Shown here: piece by piece, positions 27,441 through 35,649 of the stretch | How the letters are laid out: each line of letters begins with the position of its first letter | How positions within the stretch are numbered: position 1 is the stretch's first letter | IMG/VR virus record: IMGVR_UViG_3300008255_000137 | Coordinates: 3,502-67,501 of that record | DNA: 64,000 nucleotides | Direction: 5' to 3' (one strand) | From: a virus | Taxonomy: Duplodnaviria; Caudoviricetes | Program-made: the position numbers and the translations under genes | The notes under the pieces: generated by a model | Databases searched by the model: none | The model's input: the letters and a program-made list of their open reading frames with translations, nothing else | What the model was told of the DNA's origin: nothing

Positions 27441-27448
27441 GCTTCTAT

Positions 27449-27661
27449 TTAGTAATCCTCTTTTCCATATTGTCCCGCCCCTCTGCCACCATCAACTGGG
27501 TCCATCGGTCCCATTGTCGGTTTGCGCGAGATCCATGCGTCTAAGGTAAGATACTCATTCCCATTATCGTCATACCCCTCGCAATATAAAAAAGCTAATT
27601 CCTCCTCTTGCAATCTGGCCATTGTGATCCCTTTGGATTCCGCGTATTCTTTTTTTGTCAT
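27449..27661 (-). CDS. Hypothetical early protein (start reassigned to MTKKEY)
   Basis: AAGGAGAAGG RBS before the ATG at 27661. Confidence 0.55.
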   Translation of the reverse strand: MTKKEYAESKGITMARLQEEELAFLYCEGYDDNGNEYLTLDAWISRKPTMGPMDPVDGGRGAGQYGKEDY

Positions 27662-28524
27662 TTTCCTTCTCCTTTTTTGAGTTGATTGAAAATTCAATTC
27701 AAACCACAAAATGGTTTCAACTGAAATCTCAATCTCAGAAAATGGGTTTACAAAATCCATTGGCAGTTTCGCCACATCGTCAAACCACTCCGGGCCACCA
27801 TCTCATGTGGGAGTGACTGTCCTGTATTTCGGCCCGGTTCTCATCCCTCGTGAATCCCTGATCTAATTATTCAGATCCAAGGGCACTTAATCGATCCACC
27901 TCCAGGTTCTCCAGGCCCGGAGTTGCTTTTTTTAATTTGCGGATCTTTGGGAGGCCGATACCCTGGTATTTCCAGGATCACTTTTGAAAAATTATTTTTA
28001 AGAGGTTTTTTGGGCTTCACTCGCTCCGGCCCTTTTGCCCTGCCGGTCTTAAATCTAATTTTTAAAAGATCTGACTTCTATATATATTACAATGATCAAT
28101 TGGTAAAACCCGGAAAACTTGAATTATTCATTATAATAAGGGATTTTTTCATTTCGGAAAATCAAGGGAACAAAAAGTCTAATAAATTCAATGAATTATA
28201 AATTGAAAAAAAAGTTGAAAAAAGATGCTTGTTTTTTCATAGATTTTCAAGGTTTTCTTTGATTTTTAAAACAGAAGGAAGGAAAAATCCAATGAATTTA
28301 ATGAGTTAGACTATTATAAAAAATTTTAAAATTTTATTTTTTGAAAATTGAAAAAACAGGGGAAATGATCCCGGGAAATAGCCTAACCTATTGAAATCAT
28401 TAGAACCAAGAAGAAACTCCTTTTAAATGCTTTAAAATCGATTTTAAGGGACTTTTGTTGAAAACCTATATCAGATTATACCAAAGAAAAGATCGCTCGT
28501 CCTGAATGATTTTAGAGCGGTTTT
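27662..28524. other. Longest apparently non-coding region (GC-richer left half, very AT-rich right half); candidate control region, origin or terminus
   Basis: No credible ORF; lies at the boundary between late and early genes. Confidence 0.45.
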
Positions 28525-28815
28525 TCACCATTTTCGAACCGTCCCATAATGCCGAAACCACTCCTCCAGGACCAGTCGTTTCCGGCGCTTTGTTTTGACC
28601 ACCAGAACATACACCAGATTATCCTCATCAATCAATAATCGCTGAAACCCCCTGACCCCACAACGATGTATTTCTACGGTCCCATCATGAGTCAATTTCG
28701 AGGCCTGTTTCAAAAACTCAGCGGTTATTTGTTCGGTGGTAGTACTTCTCCTGAAAAGCTTTCGGATGAGTTGTTTGAGGATTCCAATTTTGTTTTTGAT
28801 AAACTCTCGAACCAT
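28525..28815 (-). CDS. Hypothetical protein
   Basis: 96-aa ORF overlapping the exonuclease 3' end. Confidence 0.45.
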   Translation of the reverse strand: MVREFIKNKIGILKQLIRKLFRRSTTTEQITAEFLKQASKLTHDGTVEIHRCGVRGFQRLLIDEDNLVYVLVVKTKRRKRLVLEEWFRHYGTVRKW

Positions 28816-29423
28816 GATAAGGGCCTTTCCATTTTTACTTTTTTTCCGTCTCTATTTCTAATCCAACCAAACTTCAAAACATGGTCAAGTAGATTCTTTG
28901 TAATTCTTACATCTTGTAAATTGTAGGAGAGTAAATCATCATATCGTTTCTGTTGATATAATCTTGGTGCTTCTGATCCTTTTCCATTTTTACCTATTCC
29001 TAAAGTCCTTTTGCAAATATCATTTAAGCGAAACCCTCCCGGAGATATTTTTTTTCGGGCTTCATAGTCCTCTTTTATATTATAATATCCTTTCATACAA
29101 TTTATAAATAAATCATATTCTGTCCAAAACAAAGATCCATGCTGTATGGTCAATCCATATCGGTTTCTTGTTTTTAATATAGATCGAGTTCTTCCCAATA
29201 CTACGCAACTATCAAAAGTAATTCCATTGAAGGAAATGACCTTAGATCGATTCAAAAGAGTCTTCAATTGCTTTAATCCGGATTGATGAAGAAAAAAAGA
29301 ATAATCATCTTTCTTGTAACTGTAAACTACCGCTGATCCGAACCACTCATCATTGACTTTCTTCCAGTCTTCTTTTCCTTTTATCTCCTGACAAAGTTCT
29401 ACGTCATATACCAAGACATCCAT
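28725..29423 (-). CDS. DEDD 3'-5' exonuclease (RNase_H_2/YprB-like)
   Basis: VYDVE, SFNGITFD, RLNDICKRTLG, YNLQDV. Confidence 0.85.
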   Translation of the reverse strand: MDVLVYDVELCQEIKGKEDWKKVNDEWFGSAVVYSYKKDDYSFFLHQSGLKQLKTLLNRSKVISFNGITFDSCVVLGRTRSILKTRNRYGLTIQHGSLFWTEYDLFINCMKGYYNIKEDYEARKKISPGGFRLNDICKRTLGIGKNGKGSEAPRLYQQKRYDDLLSYNLQDVRITKNLLDHVLKFGWIRNRDGKKVKMERPLSWFESLSKTKLESSNNSSESFSGEVLPPNK

Positions 29424-29707
29424 CAGTTTTCTTTCTTTTCTTTTGACTGAGAATTTCTAAAAAGAACAATCTCTTTTAAACCTTTTAAAATCTCAATGGG
29501 AGTAAACCAAACTCCACAGTTCATACAACCAAAAGCATAAGTTTTCAAATTTAAAATAAAGTCATCTCCTGCTTTTCCTTCTGATCCGCAAAGAGGGCAT
29601 TTCAATCTTTGGCCCTTTTCTTTGATGGTTTCTTTGAGAACTTCTTCTAATTCTGTGGATTCCATGATCGATCCTTTCTTGTTAAGAGTTTTCTCTGTCC
29701 CAATCAT
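29423..29707 (-). CDS. Zinc-ribbon protein
   Basis: CPLCG...CMNCG. Confidence 0.6.
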   Translation of the reverse strand: MIGTEKTLNKKGSIMESTELEEVLKETIKEKGQRLKCPLCGSEGKAGDDFILNLKTYAFGCMNCGVWFTPIEILKGLKEIVLFRNSQSKEKKEN

Positions 29708-30419
29708 TAAACTTAATTCGCAAATCTTCCCAGCTTTTAGTCACCTTATGAAGATTCATACCCTTATTTTTAGCTATCGCCTCCCAGGTCTCCATATTAT
29801 ACTGCTCATAAAAACAATCACCACAAATCCACTTGGACAAATATCCTTTTAAATTTGAAACTGAAAAAGGCTTCCCATTAATCTGGACTAAGTAAAACTC
29901 CTTTCCACACTCGGGACAGACAGACACTCCTTTTTCCGGAGCAATTCCTTTTTTCATTCTCTCCTTAAACTCTGCACTTTTCTCCCTTAAAATTGCTCCA
30001 GGTTTTCCAGCAACCCCCATCTTTAATCTTAGTCTAACCACACCGGCAATCTTCACAATTTTATTGACATCCAATCCACTTCTATCACAGACTTTTTCAA
30101 TAGGATCTTTTTCATATTTTTCATACAAACAATTTCCACAAACCCAAAGACAAGTATATCCATAAACATTACTTTTCCCTTTGGATTCCTTTATTGGAAG
30201 TAAATAAAGGGGTCCATTGCATTTAGGACAATCCAGATAAAAATCATACATCTCTAACAATCTATCTTTTTCTCCAAGCTTTCTTATTTCTAAATACTTC
30301 TTAAAATCTTCCACAGGAATACTCTTATCAAACAATGAATCTACCAATCTGTTTATTTTATCAAGCAAAGAATAAGAGCAAGTTTTAAAATACGAATCTA
30401 ATTGATTATAGGATCTCAT
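29682..30419 (-). CDS. Protein with two homologous zinc-ribbon repeats
   Basis: CPKCNGPLYL..WVCGNCLYEKY and CPECGKEFYL..WICGDCFYEQY. Confidence 0.65.
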   Translation of the reverse strand: MRSYNQLDSYFKTCSYSLLDKINRLVDSLFDKSIPVEDFKKYLEIRKLGEKDRLLEMYDFYLDCPKCNGPLYLLPIKESKGKSNVYGYTCLWVCGNCLYEKYEKDPIEKVCDRSGLDVNKIVKIAGVVRLRLKMGVAGKPGAILREKSAEFKERMKKGIAPEKGVSVCPECGKEFYLVQINGKPFSVSNLKGYLSKWICGDCFYEQYNMETWEAIAKNKGMNLHKVTKSWEDLRIKFNDWDRENS

Positions 30420-30432
30420 CCTTTTCTCCTTT

Positions 30433-33015
30433 CTATACTGAACTACTTGAGGATGATGAGTTGCAAGAAGAACTGCTTGAACTTATGGATGAGGATGAAC
30501 TGGAAGAAATGCTACTATTAGATGAACTTGATGAGGAAGAGCTGTTGGAGGAGGAGCTTGAACTCGACCGACTGAACGAAGAAAAACTGGATCTACTTGA
30601 GGAGGATATTGAGGAGGAGGAGGAGGATGAAGATGAGGACGAACTTCTTGAACTGCTGCTGCTACTGGAAGAAATGCTCGATGAGGAACTACTCGATAGG
30701 GAGGACATATAAATTTCAAGTTGCAGTCGAGATATGGGAAGAAACTGACTTGGTTGTCCCGCTATGTACTCATTAGGATAATTAGCTTTTTCAGTTTCCA
30801 TTAAAAGTTTCACTTTTTCTTCCAATAAAGCATTTCTTTCTGCATTAAAAGGATTAAAAGTATTTGGTATTCCATCCTCATTATAATAACAGGAAGCATA
30901 TACCACCCACTCTATTTCGCAGTCATTTAAAGTCAAATCAGCTTTTACATGGTATTCTATCCCAAAATCATCATAACTGGACCCAAGCATTGCGTTTGTT
31001 GTCATCAAATCCGAAACAAAAAAATGAGATTGTGAATCACTCCAGTCCTTCTTATAACCGGTTCTGTGAATATATCTTCTTTCAAAAACATAAATTTGTG
31101 TCGCGCTTCTATCTCCTTTCAAATATCCTCGGACATGATGAGATTGTAGAGCCTCTACTTCATAGTAGTTATAGGGAGCATCAACTGGTTGATAATAACC
31201 ACCCAATCCCTGACCTGGATAAACAAAGTCTGCTAAATATTTGGATGTATAATCAGCTTCACTTCTTAAATAAAAATGATCTACTTCATCTATAGGAAGA
31301 ACATCATCTAAACAGTAAAATAACCTGCTGCCACAAATGTAAAGAGCATACCCATCTGCTTCTATATTGTGAGCGCACTCCCAGGAAGTCCCATAAGCAG
31401 AATAACCATACTCTTCTCCATCATCCAATGCACCACATATAGTATCTCCTGAATCATTATCTGGTCCTGTAATAATGGGCCCGGTTGATCCTATAGAATA
31501 ATCCACTCTTAAATAATCTTCTAAATTCGGACCTATTGGACCTTTCAGGGTATAAGTCTCATCTATAAAAGCATCCTCACCAGTAGCAGTGTATTTATTT
31601 ATAGTATTGTATACTGCCGAACCATAGTATTTACAACATCTTTTCGTAAGACAATGAAAGGCCCCCCCATTATTTGACCATTCCCCTTCTCCTGACATAA
31701 GAAAGGGTCGTTCCTCATCTGTTCCAGTAGTGGTTTCTTGCAAACGATAAGACAATGATTGAGGTGGCCACAAGTAGGTCCATCCATAAGATTGTCGGTA
31801 AAATCCTTGATTATAAAATAAGTGTGGATGATGACTGAGAGAGTATGCTGTCCATCTTCGTTCTCGTATGGATGCCTGATAACTTCCAAGGTATGGAGAA
31901 GTGGGTGATCCATAGCATTCTGCATACATCGGGGAAGGACACTCCAAGCCTTCTGGGCAAGAAATCCCCCCATAACAATTATCAAAAAAGAAAAACACAG
32001 TAGAAATTGAACTCTTTGTATAACCATACTGAGTACACCCGGAGGCATGTGGCGCATACAAAGAATCAAAATCATATTCTCCGCGGTAAGTATAGTTTTT
32101 AGGAATAGCATAAAGGGTATTTAGGAGATAAGAGTAGGCCTCAGTTTCATAAGTATAATCCCCCGGTTGATCATTGTGACCATAAGAACCGGCAAACTCT
32201 ATTAGATCCTTAAAATTAGCCTCATTATAAAGAGCATATCCCTCCGTTACACTTGGAACAGAACAAACTGGAGCTCCTAATCCATATTGAGATATCAATT
32301 GAAGGGTCGAAAGATAATTTCCAAGATCCGCATATAAAACTGGCCAATCGGAGGGTCCGATTGAGTTTCCATAATCATCGTAAACTCCTCGTGGATAACT
32401 CAAATCCGCGGTGTTCACTATAAAACAATAATTCAGTGTCTTTACTAAAAGCATTTCAGGAGGACAAAATCTTGGATTATCCCAGAAACCAATTACTGTA
32501 GGATGAGACAGCGTATTGTTTTTAAATCGAACTACTACTTCATCATTAACTTCAAAAGCCTGAGAATTACATCCGGGATACTCTACATTACAAACCATTT
32601 CTGTATAGGAACCTTCGAGTTCAACATTTACAGTCATGGTTCTTTCCCCATCAATAGAAAGAACTATTCCTCTTCTATGAACAGGGCACTCTTCCTGCCA
32701 TCGCGGATTTCTATCGGATGAAAACATAAAACCAACGGCAAGGTTTCCTTTAGCATCATCTTCCCACATTTGCTCTGCGGAATGCCATCTACTTTTAGGC
32801 GGATCATCATTTTCTCTTAAACGAAGATTTCCATAATGAATGGCTTCATGAGGAGGAAGATTATTTATATCGACTAATTCAACTTTCTCATCTACAGCAA
32901 GTTCCTGCCACGTAGTGTTCTGGGCATTCCAGGTTAAATCATTATCATAACCAGGAACCAAAACCCTGTATGAATTATTGTCTGGATCAGCCCATTTTAC
33001 GATTGCATAACTCAT
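30433..33015 (-). CDS. Tail-tip / receptor-binding-type protein with C-terminal poly-Ser tail
   Basis: Last gene of the tail block; OB-like N-terminal segment (GIVLSIDG..FEVNDEVVVRF); Tyr/Gly-rich body; about 90 Ser-rich residues at the C-terminus. Confidence 0.65.
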   Translation of the reverse strand: MSYAIVKWADPDNNSYRVLVPGYDNDLTWNAQNTTWQELAVDEKVELVDINNLPPHEAIHYGNLRLRENDDPPKSRWHSAEQMWEDDAKGNLAVGFMFSSDRNPRWQEECPVHRRGIVLSIDGERTMTVNVELEGSYTEMVCNVEYPGCNSQAFEVNDEVVVRFKNNTLSHPTVIGFWDNPRFCPPEMLLVKTLNYCFIVNTADLSYPRGVYDDYGNSIGPSDWPVLYADLGNYLSTLQLISQYGLGAPVCSVPSVTEGYALYNEANFKDLIEFAGSYGHNDQPGDYTYETEAYSYLLNTLYAIPKNYTYRGEYDFDSLYAPHASGCTQYGYTKSSISTVFFFFDNCYGGISCPEGLECPSPMYAECYGSPTSPYLGSYQASIRERRWTAYSLSHHPHLFYNQGFYRQSYGWTYLWPPQSLSYRLQETTTGTDEERPFLMSGEGEWSNNGGAFHCLTKRCCKYYGSAVYNTINKYTATGEDAFIDETYTLKGPIGPNLEDYLRVDYSIGSTGPIITGPDNDSGDTICGALDDGEEYGYSAYGTSWECAHNIEADGYALYICGSRLFYCLDDVLPIDEVDHFYLRSEADYTSKYLADFVYPGQGLGGYYQPVDAPYNYYEVEALQSHHVRGYLKGDRSATQIYVFERRYIHRTGYKKDWSDSQSHFFVSDLMTTNAMLGSSYDDFGIEYHVKADLTLNDCEIEWVVYASCYYNEDGIPNTFNPFNAERNALLEEKVKLLMETEKANYPNEYIAGQPSQFLPISRLQLEIYMSSLSSSSSSSISSSSSSSSRSSSSSSSSSSSSISSSSRSSFSSFSRSSSSSSSNSSSSSSSSNSSISSSSSSSISSSSSSCNSSSSSSSV
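30436..30705 (-). repeat. Poly-serine coding tract (~90 aa)
   Basis: Mixed TCN and AGY codons. Confidence 0.95.
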
Positions 33016-33018
33016 GAA

Positions 33019-35232
33019 TTAAGGCCCACTGCCTGAGTAAGAACTTGATGAGGAACTTCCTGAAGAAGAAGAACTACTACTTAAGGAAAAACTTGAAGAA
33101 CTTCTGCTACTGGAAGAACTACTTCGTGAACTTGAGGAGGAAGATCTGCTGCTGGAACTCAAACTGCTTATATTTTCACATCCGTCATTCACTGTAAAAT
33201 TATCAAAGTTGACTGAATAAGTTACCGATCCAGAGTAAACGACTCCGGCAACCCTTATTTCTACAGTTAAATTTTCTAAAGAAAAATCTCCAGTAACTGT
33301 TAATCCAGCAGTATTTCCATCCCACTCCCATTGTTCAGATGTTGGATTCCAATAATAAACGGTTATGGAAGCCCCATTACTGGAACGAACCAATCTCAAT
33401 TTTCCAGAGGTGTGAGTTGTGTTTACTGAATCCCCCCCTTCCAATCCACAATAATAAATATGGGAAGATACATAAGGAACGTATTCCATACCAACATAAG
33501 CTTCCAAAGCACCAAAATTAGTAACTCCTAAATAAAACTGCAATCCTCCATTACCCGCAGATTGAACATCAGAAAAATCAATTTGAATATCAAAACCAGC
33601 GCCCGCAAGAAAAACATAATCGCTATAAACGAAGGATTCCTCATTTGTGGAATCTACATAGTAAGCCCTTAATTTATTATTGTATATAGAAAACATTTCT
33701 ACGGGGTCATCTAAATACCACCTCCAAGATAATGGGGCACCATCCCCTTCTGTGAATTGATCATTTGCCTCACAAGCTGCTCCAGAAGAATAACTACTGC
33801 TGGAGGAACTTGAAGAAACACTTATACTCGAACTGCTACTGGATGAGAAGCTTAATGAACTACTGGATGAAGAACTACTCAAACTGGAAGAACTTTGACT
33901 GCTGGAACTGGAGGAGGAAGAACTTATCGAAAAAATACTGCTACTGGAAGAACTTGAACTTGATATTGAACTGCTACTTGAAGAGGATATACAAGAAGAA
34001 CTGCTGGAACTATTGCTTAAGGAGGATGATGATGAAGAACTTAAAGACAAACTGCTGGAACTGGACGAATAGCTTGAAGAGGATGAGCTATTGGAGGAAG
34101 AACTACTGCTGGAAGATATACTGGAGGACGAGGAGGAGGATGAACTACTGGAAAGCGAACTGCTGGAACTGGAAGAACTTGAACTCGATCCCTCATCAAA
34201 AAATCCACTTATATTTGTTTCATAAGTTTGTCCATATTTAAAGGAATGAACTATTTCTTCTGGACGAACTCCTCCTCTCACTGTTCCCGATTGTGCCGAA
34301 TCCTCCACAGTCATTTGAGTATTTATATTTATGTCTGTATTCAGTTGAATGGATAAGTCCACCATATTTGTATATCGTTCCCCATGCCAAAGGATTGCAT
34401 TTGCAAGGAGGGTGGCTTGAGATAAGGAAGTTATCAATCCAGAAGAAATGATTCTTTTATTCAAACCATAGACACTTATCATGGCGGCGGAAGCATCCAC
34501 GGAAATTGAATAATCGGTGGTTGCCCCAACCACAATAGCGCGGGTGATAATTTTATTTAACTCTTGATATCGACTTAATGTTCCAATATCATCTTGATCA
34601 AGATCTAAATCATTAACCCCCTCCGACCAAAAAGAAGTGTCCTCTATTGTCAATACTCCAGCGGCGGTTATGTAGGCATCTATGTTTGGACCTAAAACCT
34701 TGAGAATATCAAGAACGCCCGCCAAAGCATTGCTGTATGCTATAGTATTGTTTGAAAGAGTAATTGAATCGGTGTAGGTTAAACTATAACTCAAGCCTGC
34801 TTGACCACACCAGTATTCAATTAATCCCTGTGAATCTCCTGAGTAGGTTGTGGAAGAGTATGTACCATTTATTCTCTGAAGAAGATAGGCAAGATTATAT
34901 CCCTCCACTCGAATTACTTCAGTTTGACCAAACAAATAAGTTTCGGATACCTTAAAGGGAATTCCTGTATAAATCAGAGTGTAAGAGTAAGAATCTCCCG
35001 TACGTGTTCCGATGTAAATCTTTATTCTTTTTCTTACATCAGGAGAAATCAAATTCAAGTATGAAGCGGTCCGGGCATTCCACAAGGATGCCTTAGCAAT
35101 AGAAATTGAAAACTTGGATAATGGAGTATCTCTTCTTAATGAAATTCTAAATTGATAGCATGGAGTGAGAGTATAGACATTGGAGCTTTCATCAATGAAT
35201 TCAACCTTAGCAACCGGAATAGTGTATGACAA
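33019..35232 (-). CDS. Tail hub (Tal-like) protein with a ConA-like beta-sandwich domain flanked by two poly-Ser tracts
   Basis: Follows TMP and Dit-like genes; hub-like N-terminus of about 345 aa; LRLVRS..ITVYYW..FDNF lectin-like segment. Confidence 0.65.
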   Translation of the reverse strand: MSYTIPVAKVEFIDESSNVYTLTPCYQFRISLRRDTPLSKFSISIAKASLWNARTASYLNLISPDVRKRIKIYIGTRTGDSYSYTLIYTGIPFKVSETYLFGQTEVIRVEGYNLAYLLQRINGTYSSTTYSGDSQGLIEYWCGQAGLSYSLTYTDSITLSNNTIAYSNALAGVLDILKVLGPNIDAYITAAGVLTIEDTSFWSEGVNDLDLDQDDIGTLSRYQELNKIITRAIVVGATTDYSISVDASAAMISVYGLNKRIISSGLITSLSQATLLANAILWHGERYTNMVDLSIQLNTDININTQMTVEDSAQSGTVRGGVRPEEIVHSFKYGQTYETNISGFFDEGSSSSSSSSSSSLSSSSSSSSSSSISSSSSSSSNSSSSSSYSSSSSSLSLSSSSSSSLSNSSSSSSCISSSSSSSISSSSSSSSSIFSISSSSSSSSSQSSSSLSSSSSSSSLSFSSSSSSSISVSSSSSSSSYSSGAACEANDQFTEGDGAPLSWRWYLDDPVEMFSIYNNKLRAYYVDSTNEESFVYSDYVFLAGAGFDIQIDFSDVQSAGNGGLQFYLGVTNFGALEAYVGMEYVPYVSSHIYYCGLEGGDSVNTTHTSGKLRLVRSSNGASITVYYWNPTSEQWEWDGNTAGLTVTGDFSLENLTVEIRVAGVVYSGSVTYSVNFDNFTVNDGCENISSLSSSSRSSSSSSRSSSSSSRSSSSFSLSSSSSSSGSSSSSSYSGSGP
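33028..33168 (-). repeat. Poly-serine coding tract (~45 aa)
   Basis: Seen in translation. Confidence 0.9.
33784..34188 (-). repeat. Poly-serine coding tract (135 aa)
   Basis: Seen in translation; mixed Ser codons. Confidence 0.95.
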
Positions 35233-35247
35233 TTCTAAATCTCCAAT

Positions 35248-35649
35248 TTAGGAGGTTTGATAAGCAGTGTATTTATCGACCACATGAAGATTTATGGTGG
35301 TTATGTATTTTCCTCCGGAATAAATTCCGGTTACACTTTCAATTGCTACTTTCCATAGAGTTATATGATATCCGAAAAGGAATTCATAAGAATTATCTTC
35401 TTGCATTCCTTTCAAGGTTTCATAATCTGTTTTACTCAACATCACATTATCAATTCTGATCGTTCGGAGTTCTTCGGATATTCCCCAATCGGTTACCAGG
35501 GTGGTTCCGGATAATGAGGTGAGTTTGGTTATTAATCTGGACACATCCGGACGATAGCTTGCTTCATCAATCTCCATCAACACCCAGTTTCCTGCGGATC
35601 GAACTTCTTCACTGACGATTGAGCCTTTCATATTTATACTCCAAAGCAA
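35248..35649 (-). CDS. Distal-tail (Dit)-like protein
   Basis: Directly after TMP; small and beta-rich. Confidence 0.5.
   Translation of the reverse strand: MLWSINMKGSIVSEEVRSAGNWVLMEIDEASYRPDVSRLITKLTSLSGTTLVTDWGISEELRTIRIDNVMLSKTDYETLKGMQEDNSYEFLFGYHITLWKVAIESVTGIYSGGKYITTINLHVVDKYTAYQTS

Noticed and set aside
21405-27446. Hairpins considered as intrinsic terminators or transposon ends
   Set aside because: There are no U-tracts downstream on the coding strand, no transposase and no target duplications. They are kept as putative processing structures.
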